The translations under genes and the position numbers were made by a program. Below are positions 26,442 to 37,980 of a stretch of DNA of 64,000 nucleotides, piece by piece. The DNA lies in contig MU053487.1 in NCBI GenBank assembly GCA_013239625.1, positions 1,073,058 to 1,137,057 of the forward strand. Direction: 5' to 3'. Position 1 is the stretch's first letter. Every line of letters begins with the position of its first letter. Under the pieces are notes generated by a model. The model did no database searches. It was not told the origin of the DNA and was given only the letters and a program-made list of their open reading frames with translations. The DNA is from Lama guanicoe (taxonomy: Eukaryota).

Positions 26442-26558
26442 AGGCTTCCTCTCAGAGGGTGGCCTGGATGACTAGCCGAAGGCTTCCTCTCAGAGGGTGG
26501 CCTGGATGACTAGCCGAAGGCTTCCTCTCAGAGGGTGGCCTAGATGACTAGCCGAAGG
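26442..26558. repeat. 38-bp tandem repeat, 3 copies
   Basis: ggcttcctctcagagggtggcctggatgactagccgaa at 26443, 26481 and 26519; single mismatch at 26542. Confidence 0.99.
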
Positions 26559-27069
26559 TGGTGGAGCACTGATAACAGATTTGCAACTGGCTAAGGCAGG
26601 CTGTACCTGGATTGCTGCCGGCTGCGTCTTCTATTCCAGGAGCCATCAAAAAGCACAGCACCCATTCTGGCAGCAGACATTTTCCCCTAGGATTGATTCC
26701 CTCTAACCTAGAGACCAGGCGGTGATGGGTCCTGGCATTATTCCTTTCTAGAAGCAAAGTCAAGCCTAGCTTCCTTCTTCCAAGATCCCCTTTTAAGGTC
26801 CTAGCACCTGTACTTTTAAGTCCTTGACTGGGTAATGGACAATACCCATCTTCTTTCTCAGAAAAGAAAGAAAAATACAAACAAAACTACCTTCTAAAGG
26901 ACCCAATATTCATGACACAAAAAGTCTGGAGGAGGAAGATTGGTTGGAAGCTCACTTGGCATCTTCTTCTTTTCCTCAACTTAACATAAAAGGCATATTA
27001 CTCCCTATTCCTTCTTCCATGGAGCTCAGTTGTTTAAAGGGGTTTTTGACTCATGAAACACCAAAGACT

Positions 27070-27435
27070 TTTTAAAAAAAATATTTAAGGTAGAGTACCT
27101 CTAGAGAAAAAAAATGTGTAACATGTAAACAAACAGATTAATGAATTATTATGTCTCAAACACCCATGTGTCAGGTCAAGACACACGCCATTTTTTTGTA
27201 GCCCTGAAGCCCTCTCAGGTGCCCTTTATAATCACAAATTTGTCATCTAAATTGCCTCTTTCAAAATTAGCAAATGCTCCAGGAAGAAAGGCAGACCCCA
27301 CAATTGAAGCTGTGTAATTCTTTACTGTCATATGAAAGTGTTTAAAGCAGATGTTTTTGGTCCGAGTCTTAAGTTGTCTGCAATGAGAAAGTCATTCCAA
27401 ATGATCTGACGCTCCATTATTTAAATGGAACCCAC
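27070..27435 (-). mobile_element. Old L1ME/HAL1-like fragments
   Basis: atgaattatt...aacacccatgtgtcaggtcaaga and ttagcaaatgctccagg. Confidence 0.5.
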
Positions 27436-28579
27436 ATGGGTCTCTCTTTCTTGGTATTTATTCTTTTTGTGTCTCAAAATGTTTCTTCCTCTCAAAGATG
27501 ATCAAAGTGTCTCTCTGACATCTCTTCTTCTCAGGCAGTATCAATAACACACGTTTTTATCTATGACAGGGCTTTCTATTACCTGGAGGAAAGAAAATTA
27601 ATGTCCAAAGAGATGTGGTAAAATGTCCGTTTTTAGAGGAACTCATATTTCCTGATTACTGTGGACCCCTTGACACTCTCAAATTCAGTCAGAACTTGAA
27701 AAATGAGATTAAAGTTACCGAAATAATTCAATGGTTATTTTCCTTCTAGCCCGAACTCCAGCTCCATGGCAAAGTCAGAATGCACAGTTAGTTAGGCATA
27801 TCCAGAGTCTCTGTATTCCAATTCCTATTTGTAATAGAAATTCAGAGAGGGGTCAGGAGAGAATGAAAGATGAAAGGATTTAGGTTACCTGGGGGTTCTC
27901 CTGAATGAGGCTCTCAGGAGTGACTCCGTTTATTTCATGGAAGAAATGAAAAAAAAGGAGCGCTTCTTATTGGTACTGCCTCCGTAATTAAACTCGAGTG
28001 GCTTGAAAAACTGGACCTTTGTTCTGAGTAGACTCTGAAGCTCTGGGGAGTGTCTACAGGAAAAGCTTCCCTACAGCATTCCCCAAAAAGTTTAATATTG
28101 AACCTCAGATAATAGTTGGCACCCCTGTCACTTCTTCCTGAAATCTTCCTGAAAATGAGTTCTGATCCTACTAAGGAATTTTCCGTTGCAATTCTAAGGG
28201 GAAGACACATGGAAAAGAGAAGCTATAAAAAGTGCTTTCACAATTTCAATATTTTCTTTTTATCCATTTTGGCATCAGATATCCTTTACTGTGTGTGAAG
28301 TGAGACAAGTTTTGCCTGACCTAGAGACAGGGTTGGGAGGGACTCAGGCATCACCTATTTGTAGATGCAAAATCAAGCTTCTCCATTAGGGTCCCCCTAC
28401 CTCTGCTTTTAAGTCTTTGATCCTGAAATTGAGAATGTCACCTTCTTTCTCAGAATAAAAACATGGGCAAAATTACCTTGTAATGGATTCAATATGCAAA
28501 ATATTTAAAGTCCAGAGAAAGAGGTGGTGAGGGACTACAAGCTGAAGACTCCGTGACTGGTTCATTCACAATGGCCCAA

Positions 28580-28593
28580 GATGCCATGGTAAC
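28580..28593. promoter_or_regulatory. Candidate RFX X-box
   Basis: GATGCCATGGTAAC, one mismatch from GTTGCCATGGTAAC; motif match only. Confidence 0.35.
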
Positions 28594-29261
28594 AGGGAAC
28601 AACCAGAGATTGCCTTGAGGAAGGGCATGGAAAGGGGATGTGGATGGACCTTATAGTCCAGAAGAGCATGTGCCCACATACCAGCTGAATCACATGCACA
28701 ACTTACAGCTAAAAGACCCCACAAAGTGGGGCTGAGGCAAAGGTCAATGATGGTGGGAGGAGAAGATAGAATGAAAGCAAGGAAACCTTGAAGAAAAGAC
28801 TTTAGAAATTTCAGACTTCACTTTCACAGGTGGTCCAAGTGATTTGCCTCAGAGATAAAGACAAAACACAAAATTACCAAATCTTTAATTTTGCTTTGGC
28901 CAACAGGAAGCTTAGTGACAAAGTCTTAGGACTTTGGGTAAAAAATACCTGCTTTATTTTCTCTTTCAATTTACCTGACTTGGAATTTTTAAATGTCCCA
29001 TTTTTTAATGTATGTTTTCTGTGATCTGTGTGTCACCTCAAGAATTCAAAATTAATTATAGTATACTTAAATAAACAATCATAAGATCTGGCTAAAGTGG
29101 ATAATAGGGAGAGGTTAGAAAGTTACGCATCCTGGAAGAGAATCTGAAGTCTAACAAGAGCCAGGAGGGGCAGGGGACCATGGGTAGAACGGAGAGTGAT
29201 CTTGGGGTTTAGGTGGTTGTTAGTACTGAGACCTCTTTCAAGTTGAAGTCAGTCAAAAAGA

Positions 29262-29535
29262 TGTTCATTTAATCATCCCTTCAGGAAATATCTGCTGAGC
29301 ACCTACCATGCCAGATACTCTTTTAGATCTCTGGGGAGAATATAATCGACAAAAAAAAATTATTTTTCTGTGAAGCTTACATTACAGTAAGGAAAAACAG
29401 ACAATGAATAAGAAAAAATTAAAATGCAGTATATTAGATGGTGTGAAGTGCTAAAGAGGAAAAAGGATGAAGCGAGGAAGGGTGATTGGCTTTCGGTGGT
29501 GGGTGATGCGGGTGCATCATTGAGTAGGTCACACT
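29262..29535 (-). mobile_element. L2 (L2a-like) 3' end
   Basis: ttcatttaatcatcc...aaatatctgctgagcacctaccatgccagatact...tgtgaagcttacatt. Confidence 0.8.
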
Positions 29536-29654
29536 GGTCCTCTCATGTCCGGTGAACAGAGCCTGCACCTCAAAAATGTTGGTTCTCAGGCCAGGGCAGA
29601 TGCCTCGCCTTGATCACAGCGCCGACTTGAGAGTTGTTTAATTTGTTGTAGAGA

Positions 29655-29670
29655 GCGCCACTAGGTGCTC
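29655..29670 (+). promoter_or_regulatory. CTCF-like motif in a CpG-retaining patch
   Basis: gcgCCACTAGGTGctc matches the first 10 positions of CCASYAGRKGGC. Confidence 0.35.
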
Positions 29671-29779
29671 GGTGAGTGAACAGAAACTGTTTTAAAAGGT
29701 TGTCAAATATTCTCTGAATCTATAACCTACTGGAAGAGGGTACCCCTAAGTGCTGCTTTGGGGTTCTTTTAACAGAGCT

Positions 29780-30150
29780 GTAGACCATTAAAGATGGAAG
29801 GACCGCTACCCATGACCTGATGCAACCTTCTCATTTCAGAGTGCGTTGTACGGGTAAGAGGTTTGCTCAAGGGTACACAGAGAGTTGGTGGCAGGCCTGA
29901 TTCTCGAGACTCGATTAGCTGCCTCCTGGTCCCCTTGTGCTTCCATTCACCCAGCTTTTCACTTTGCCTCAGGTAGACTACAGGCCTCAGAAAGAGGGAG
30001 CATGATCTTGAAGGAGTAGGACTGGATGGAGAGTCAAGAGAGAGCATTTAACAATGGGCCACCTTGTGTCAGGCACGGTTCCAGGATTTCCACTTTTATT
30101 GTCTTACTTTGCCTTCATAACACCCACTTAAGCAAGATTTTATGATTTAA
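29780..30150 (-). mobile_element. Two MIR fragments (~29780-29935, ~30040-30150)
   Basis: tttgctcaagggtacacagagagttggtggcag; tgtgtcaggcacggttc...ccttcataacacc. Confidence 0.6.
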
Positions 30151-30169
30151 TACTTTCTGATTTTTTTAA

Positions 30170-31670
30170 GAATGAAAATGTGATATAAATTTGTTGACTC
30201 CTGGGTATCCAACCTCAATTCCATATCCTTTTTCTTTTTTACCCTAAAAAACCCCACCATCTTGTACCTAATATTTCTTTAACCCTTGCATGATTTTATA
30301 TTATTACACTTTATAAGTATACTTTAAAATAATTAATAATGTTATCTTTCAATTTTCAAAATTTTATAATAATCTTACTCTAAATGTAGGATTATGCAGT
30401 GTATTGTCCATTCATAAAACATTTTGATATTTATCCAAATCCATACATGAATTTTATTTCATTCATTTTCCCCTTTTAAATAGACCTTAATTTTTTTTAA
30501 GTCCTCTTAGGTTCACAGAAAAATTGAACAAAAAGTACAGAACGTCCCTATACACTCCCTGCCTGCCCCCCTCCCACCTCACAGTCTCCCTTACTGCCAA
30601 CATCCAGTACCAGAGAGGCACATTTGTTACAACTGATAACCAATATCAGTATACTCTTGTTAACCGAAGTCCATAGTTCACACTAGATTCACTCTTTATG
30701 TTGTTGGTTTCTTGGGTTTTGACAAATGCATAATGTCCTGTATCCACCATTACAGCATCATACAGTTTCACTGCCGTAAAAATCCTGTCCATTCCTCCTT
30801 CTCTCCCCAAACTCATGGCAACCACTGATCTTTTTACTGTCTCCATAGTTTTGCCTTTTCCAGAATACTGGAATCTTGCAGTGTGTAGCCTTTTCAGATT
30901 GGCTTCTTTCACTTAGTAATGTGGATTTAAAGTTCCTCCATGTCTTGTCATGGCTTGACAGCTCATTTCATTTTAGCACTGAATAATATTCCATTGTCTG
31001 GATGTACTACATTTATTTATCCATTCCCTTACTGAAGGACATCTTGGTTGTTTCCAAGTTTTGGCAATTATGAATAAAGCTGCGATAAACATCCATGTGC
31101 AGATTTTTGTGTAGACATAAATTTTCAGCATCTCTGGGTAAATACTAAGGAGCATGATTGCTGAATTGTATGGTAAGAGTATGCTTGGTTTTGTGAGAAG
31201 CTGCCAAATTGTCTTCCAAAGTGGCTGCGCTATATTTCACTTATTTTAATCATGATTTGAAATTCTATTATTTGAATATTTCAACATTTATTTACCTATT
31301 CTCCTACTGATGGGCAATTAGGTGATCTCTAGTCTAATTTTACATTCTTATGTATATCTTCTTCAGCACATCATGTGGTTTTCTAAGCTATGGACTTAGA
31401 TGTGGAATTGCTGGGTTACCCATAATGTGAATCTCCAACTGCTTATCCATTTTCAAAGACATTGTGTCAATTTATACATCCTCTATCAATATATACCTCT
31501 GTCAGTGTATACTGGGCCAGAACTTGGTATTGTCACACCTAAGTTTTTCATTCAGTCTAAGAGCTGTGAGCCAGAAGTTCAGTATTCTTTCAATTCGTAT
31601 TTGTCTGATTATGGAGGCTTGAGGATATTCAGTGTTGATACAGGACACTGTGTCCCTACACATTGCTGTA
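30170..31670 (-). mobile_element. L1MC-like 3' end (~30474-31232) nested in an older L1ME-like element
   Basis: ttaggttcacagaaaaattgaacaaaaagtacag terminus; supplied minus ORF CTWMFIAALFIIAKTWKQPRCPS is L1 ORF2p C-terminus. Confidence 0.9.
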
Positions 31671-31767
31671 CTGACTGACCCTGCTGTGTTATTACCAATC
31701 ATGTTTAAACTCCAGCAGCCTGACTCTGTGGAGGTTTTGATTCCATACTTACGGATATGAGCAAGGT

Positions 31768-32279
31768 TTATAGTTGATTAGTTTCAACAATGACCCCAGT
31801 TGTGTACTTCTTATATCAATGCCATTTGCAATATGACTTGCTGCTCCTAACATCGAGAGGTAAAATTTCTTTCCTCATGTCAGGAATCTGGTCTTGCACT
31901 GTAACATGCATTGACCATAAGAATGGAGTAGAAGCACTGACCACAAGAATGGAGTAGAAGTAGTGATGTGCCAACCATCCCCAGGCTTCACTCTCTTGGG
32001 GCCCTTGCCATCACCGTATGAGCAGTCCTAGGCTGGCCTGATAGAAGAGGTAACCCTTCACCCAACCAACAGCCAACCAATGAGCAGACATGTGAGCGAG
32101 GCTACTCTAGACCAGCTACTCACCTGATGAACACATGAGTGAGTCTAGCTAAGAGTACCTCAGTTTGGCCCAGACCAAAAGAACCGCTCAGCCTATGATT
32201 TATGAGCTAAAAATGCCCCTGTTGTTTTAAATCACTAAGTTTGGAGTGGCTTATTACACAGAAACAGCTAAATGATACA
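31768..32279 (+). mobile_element. MaLR solo LTR (MLT1G/H-like) with an internal 26-bp duplication
   Basis: ttgcaatatgacttgctgctcctaacatcgagagg ... ttttaaatcactaagtttggagtggcttattacacagaaacagctaaatgataca. Confidence 0.85.
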
Positions 32280-34150
32280 GCATTTAAACTATTGTAGTAT
32301 CAACAAGGATAGTTAAGACAGTTGCTCACAGTGGCCTCTATAAGTCACATTTTCAACAAAAAATACAGGTTTGTTGTTTTACAATTTAAGGTAAATGTGC
32401 TGGAATTTTCCTTCCTTTTCTGCTCTTGGGAAACTATAGTCTGCTTTTCAAGGTGATTCTGGTTAAATTCCCCAAGCTAAGAATGTCTTATTAATATTTG
32501 CAAGTACTAATATAGTTTTATTTCATTATATGAATTCATACCAGGAACAACTAAACACTTGAAATTTTATCATTTGTAATTTTTTTGCACTTTAAAATAA
32601 GTAACTTTCTGGTTTTAAAAATGTTGCTTTTATTAAAGAAGAAAAAAAAAGTGTATAGAAGAAACTTTTTAAAAAGAACCTATAATCCCATCAATCCAGA
32701 AAGAATTGTTTGACATTTAAGCTGACTTAGAGTTTCCCTAAATGGTTTTCCAAATTCAGACAGGGTCCAACTGGCCTCCTGCAGGTAGAAATATACTCTA
32801 TATGTAAATGAGAAAACTTCTGAATATGGTCTGAAAATATAGATATGTGTTACACACATACAATTACCTTATCACAGGGGTTTCCTGCAGACTTATGTTT
32901 TCTATTTTGGGTGGGAGGGGTGTTTTTATAGGATATCAGAATGGAAAGCAGCGGCAGTAAAAACAGGAGTTATAACATCTGATTGTCTGATTTGAGTGCC
33001 GAATATAATTTTCTAAATTCTTCTCAGAGTAATTAGAATGTTTGGAATTTTTGTCAAAAGCTGGTCCACAAGTTCTAGAATAAAATAACACCAAAAACAA
33101 TGCTATTTTTGAGTGTTTAGTGTATCTTAGGCCCTGATTGGAAGTCTCTACATTTGTTAATTCCTTTTTCCTCATGAATAGCATTCTTGAGATAGCTAAT
33201 ATTACTTTTATCTTTAGAATAAAGGAAATAGGAAGTTGAAATACTTGTCAAAGTCCTGTATTGATTAATAGCAGAGTTTGGGATTCCCTCCATCATTGGC
33301 CTCGTTCTGGCAGTGCCTCTGCTACAGAGCCGCTCAGGCCCCGAGATTCTGGAGGGGTATTGTTGAACTTGGCGTGATCCTGTTACTACAGAGAATATGG
33401 GACCAAGGCAGAAAACTCTCCTTATCAGTCTTTAGGACTTAAGTCCTTAGAGAAGGATGTCTGCTTATATGCATAATACAATTAAATATATTTAATCAAA
33501 GCCATAGACCTAAAAATTTGGTATGCCTATAAAATATGTTTTGATGTCTCCTTGTAATAAGAGTAGGAGAATCATATTTCTATAGCCTAAGACACAGCAT
33601 GTGGTAGTGACAATAACTGGATATGGAGTTGCCTGGACCTGGGTTTAATTATTAATTCCTTGCAGTGCAATGAGATATGGGGATGCATGTTTGTTAGCTT
33701 TCATAGAGACGAGCTCAAACACATAGGTGCACCTCTTAGTAGTCCAGACGTCGATTCTCAGGCACAGTGTTGTCTAAAGCAGAAGTCACAAACTAGCTGA
33801 TGGAAACTTGCAAAATTGCTTGGTTTTAGTATTTAACATGGAACCATTTGACATTAAACCACCAAGAAAAAAAAAAAGAGAAAGTATGAAAGAATTAAAA
33901 GAATAGACATTGAGTTAATGAATACACTTGAAAACTCTGGAGAGTTCATTTAAATATCTGTCTGTCCAGGTTTTCTTAAAATGCAGAATATCAAGCAATA
34001 GATGCCCACAATCCACTTGGTAAAAATAGCATTGAGAAGAGAGAGGCCAGCCCCCTGGACTGGGCATAGGGTCTCTATTTTGCCTCGTCTCCATCACTTC
34101 CTTTTATCTCCCAGGTCCTAAGTCTAAGGGTGGAATGGTGGGTATTACCA

Positions 34151-34208
34151 TGTGTGTGCTGTTGTGTGTGTATGTGTGTGTGTGTGTGTGTGTATGTGTG
34201 TGTGTGTG
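34151..34208. repeat. Interrupted (TG)n microsatellite
   Basis: Directly visible. Confidence 0.97.
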
Positions 34209-34762
34209 CATGTTTAGCACCTCTCTTTCCATTATTGTTCTCAGGATTGGAGGCCTAAATCCTTAATTAAATTCATAATGAAGAAGGAAGGAGTTGTTTA
34301 ACTGTCTTAGTTAGTACTGCACTCTATCCTTTCTTAGGAATTATTAATTCACACTATTATTCAGAGAGGTGATTAGTCTTTTTTTCTGCCCACCACCCAC
34401 TCAGACCTGCTGGAACTGGAATAAGAATTACACATTTTGCTTTCAGGACTGGTTCTTGGCTTCACAGGGGAGGCACTGTCCGTTGTAATAAAAATCCTCA
34501 TTCCAAATACAATTTTGTTATCTTTTTTTCCCGTAATTGGTCTAATCTGTATTACAAACCCACATCCCACTGGGGCATAGGGAGTATTCTATTTTACGTT
34601 GATCCAGTGAGCTTAGTCTGATGCAGTGGTTTAAACATGTGCATGTTCCTACTTTCAGAATTAAAATCTTCCCTGCTGCTCTACTTGAACATGTGTCATT
34701 TGGATGTTTAGGTGAGGGGTGTGGTGGAAAGGATCAGCACTTTTCCTTCTAACAGTTCTGAT

Positions 34763-34960
34763 CTCATGGTGTGTTCAAGCTTATTGGAACCAATTGTGTA
34801 CATCTCTTCCCATCTCCATATTTTGTCACCTTGGCTTGTCACTTTGGTAGCTTTAATGGACCAGAGTAAGAGTATTAATACCCTGGAAACTGGAAAATGT
34901 TACAGATCAGAACTCTGTCTCAGGAAGCTACTTGTTCAGTATTTACCAACATACCGCTGT
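34763..34960. mobile_element. hAT-Tip100-type non-autonomous element (MamTip2-like)
   Basis: ccaattgtgtacatctcttcccatctc, ttggtagctt, end tatttaccaacataccgctg. Confidence 0.6.
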
Positions 34961-34974
34961 TTCCAGATGCGTCC

Positions 34975-35392
34975 CCTTCCACCTTGTTTGGCTTGGCTGT
35001 GTAACTTGGTTCAGGCAATTTGACATTAGCAAGTGTGATGCCAGCAAATTCTTAACAAGCCCTGCACAATGGGGCTAGTCCTCTTGGAACACTTCTTTTT
35101 AGAACCTTGTGACCACTACGCTGTGAGAAAGTCCAACTTGTATGGAGAAGCTGCGTGGAAGAAAATTGAGGCACAAGCTGGGTTAGAATGGGGGCTCAGA
35201 CATATATAACCCCATTGAGTAATCCCAGCCCCCATCTACCTAAGCCAGCTCCACAGAGGTCCTAGACACCATGCAGTCGAGGTGAGATGTCCCCAGCTTA
35301 CCCTTCCTGAATCCCTAGCCCACAGAATTGTGAGCAAATCAGCTACTAAGTTTTGGTGTAGTTTCTTGTACAGCAATAAAGCACTTGAAATA
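34975..35392 (+). mobile_element. MaLR LTR (MLT1G/H-like), 5' part missing
   Basis: gacattagcaagtgtgatgccagca, cccacagaattgtgagcaaat, ctaagttttggtgtagtttcttgtacagcaataaa. Confidence 0.75.
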
Positions 35393-36369
35393 ATTAATTT
35401 CTTCTAGTTTCTCAGCTTGTTCAGGCTTATGTCTCTTCCTGGCTGACTGATCCTCACCACCTATTTCACTGACACTACATCTGTCTCAGAGAAATTTTCA
35501 TAACTTTCATTTGGTAGCCTTTCCACCGAGTTTGCACCTTTTCTTTTTTTCTGGCTTTACTGGCGCTGAATTCTTTGGTCAGCTCATGTTCGATAGAACC
35601 AGGAACATCTCAGAGAAGCTCACTTTTGGTATTTTGAGATGTGACCACTCTTACATCAAGGTTTCTTTGGTTGCCCACATTCAGGTTGATGTGGGGACAG
35701 ACTGTCAGGTAATCTCCCTCTAGCATCCCCAAAGTAATTGGAGTCAAAATCTCCTGTCCATATTTCCTTTAGCTTTCTTAAGGCACCATTTAATTTCTGG
35801 ACTTGAGGTTTGAAGAATACCATTTAATGACACAATGTATGGGAAAAGATTAAGAAAGCTATTCTTTTCCCAATTGAAATGGTATCAAAGTACATTCACG
35901 CATTTTAAAGACACTGACTGAGGCTGATCATCTAAATTGTCATGCTAGTTATACTAAGAGGTGTGTTCTACAGTGCCTTGCATTTGACATGTAGCTGATC
36001 TTCTACTGACTTGATGGAAAACTTAGTAACCAGACAGTTGGATCCATTAACTAACACACTTGGATGCTAAGAATAAGACTTTAACTAATTCTATGGATAA
36101 AATCAGTTTAGACATGGATTTTATGGTGCTGTTTTAAATGTAATATAATGCATTAAAAATATTGGCCATGATTCTTGTATTGTGAAGATTCAAATATAAT
36201 GAAAGTTTTCCCATTCTTTGGGTTCTTGTAAGTATACTTGTAAGTATACTAAAAAGAGAAAACTTCGAAAAGAAATATAAAGGAAGTCAAAAATTTTCAA
36301 GAAAACATGAGAGTCAGAAATCTTTGAAATACAGTCTTTCTTTTTTGTTTTTATTTTAGCCTTTTGGGT

Positions 36370-37640
36370 GGAGTTTTAATGATGTCTCACTGTGGTTTTT
36401 ATAATAAAGTTGTGCACATTTTCATGTTTACTGGCAATTTAAATATCCTTCTTTATGAAGTTTCTATTTAAATCTTTGACTCATTTTTTCCCATTTAACT
36501 GCTTTTTTGAACTGACATAAAATTCTTTATACATTTTAGATGAGTCTTTTGTGAGATAGATGCACTCAAATATTTTCTCTCCATCTGAGGCTTACCCTTT
36601 TCCTCTCTTAATGGTACCTGTTGATGAAACTGAACTATATTAATCTTAATAAAATCTGATGTATCAATTTTTATAGCATGCAGATCTGTTTAAAATGTTC
36701 TGTTTAAAAAATCTGCCTTTTCCAAAGACATAAAGATATCCTCCTACATTTTCTCCTCAAAGTTTTGTTTCTTTACCTTTCACATTTAGATCTGCACTCC
36801 ATTTGGAAGAGCTTTTGTTTGTGGAATGAAGTAGGGATAAAAACACATTTTTTTCCAACAAGAATATCCAGATCATCCAGTACCATTTATCGGAAAAGAT
36901 CGTACTTACCCCACTGCACTGCAGTGTCTCCTTTGCCATACATCAACTGACTACAGAAGTCTGATTCTCTGGATTTTATTCTTTACCAGAGTCCATTTAT
37001 AGGTCCTAAAGCCAATATCACTTTGTAATAATTATTACAACTTTGTAATGGGTCTTAATGGTATGCTTCCTTATTTTTGATATTTATATATTTTTTAACA
37101 CTGCTGAACAGTGTTTCAGCTATGGGCAATTGGCTTTATCTTTAATGAATTGCTTATTTATTTCATTTTAAAAATTCCTATTATGGTATTTATATTTCTT
37201 ACCGGTTTGTTAAAGCTTTTGATTTAATAACCGTATTATTCTTTTGGTTACTGTATATGTTAAAAATACTATGCACAGTTTGTGGTTTTTTCCTTTACTT
37301 CTGCTTTTTGTATTTTGACATGCAGTAGTCTCCAATTTTAATATTGTAAGATCAATATTTCTTTCCTTTTGTCTCATATTTAGAAATATATTTTATATTT
37401 GGAAAAGTGTTTTACTTTGAAACAAGTCAGCACATCTTGTCTAGGTTTTTATGGCTTTTTTTCATATTTAACTTTTAATCTACCTGGAAATTATTTCAGA
37501 TGCCATGTGAGGTGAAAAGATAAATTCATTTTTTCCAAATAAGGATGTAGTTATTAATAAATAATAATTTCCTTAATTTATCATTTGACCAAAGCTAGAT
37601 GCCAAAATCATAAATACATGTGTCTGTTTTAAGTTTTCAA
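36370..37640 (-). mobile_element. Old L1M ORF2 fragments
   Basis: tctcactgtggtttt, tttcacatttagatctgcactccatttgga; supplied minus ORF FSDKWYWMIW...KWSADLNVK is degenerate L1 ORF2p. Confidence 0.8.
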
Positions 37641-37821
37641 GAAGTAATTTAATACAGTTACTAAGAGAAGAAGGAAAATGTATCATTAAAGACTAAAGGT
37701 GATAGAAAAGTTGTTTTGGAAGAGTAGACAAAAGACTGCGTGTCCAAGGTCATAACTACTGTAACGGCAGAGCACTGAGACAGCTTCTCAGTAAACCTGG
37801 GCAGGAACTGAACAACTAAAG

Positions 37822-37980
37822 CAGTGATTCTCAAACCTAAAATTGCATATGCATCATCTGGGGACTTTGTTAAATGTAGATTCTGATTCAGTAGTTGTTG
37901 GGTGAGTCCTCTGATTCTGCATCTCTAACATGTCCTGGGGAGAATGAATTTGCAGATTGAATTTTGAGTTGAGAGGCTAC
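37822..37980. mobile_element. MER5-like hAT-Charlie element
   Basis: cagtgattctcaaacct...gttaaatgtagattctgattcagtag...ctgcatctctaaca. Confidence 0.8.

Noticed and set aside
26442..26558. CRISPR-like array (38-bp palindromic repeats)
   Set aside because: Units are directly adjacent with no spacers, there are no cas genes, and the context is mammalian.
27535..27625. Open exon-like block AVSITHVFIYDRAFYYLEERKLMSKEM after tctcttcttctcag
   Set aside because: The donor (gtg/gtaaaa) is weak, I do not recognise the peptide, and I found no partner exons.
36225..36250. 12-bp tandem duplication containing the palindrome aagtatactt
   Set aside because: Too short; a common slippage product.
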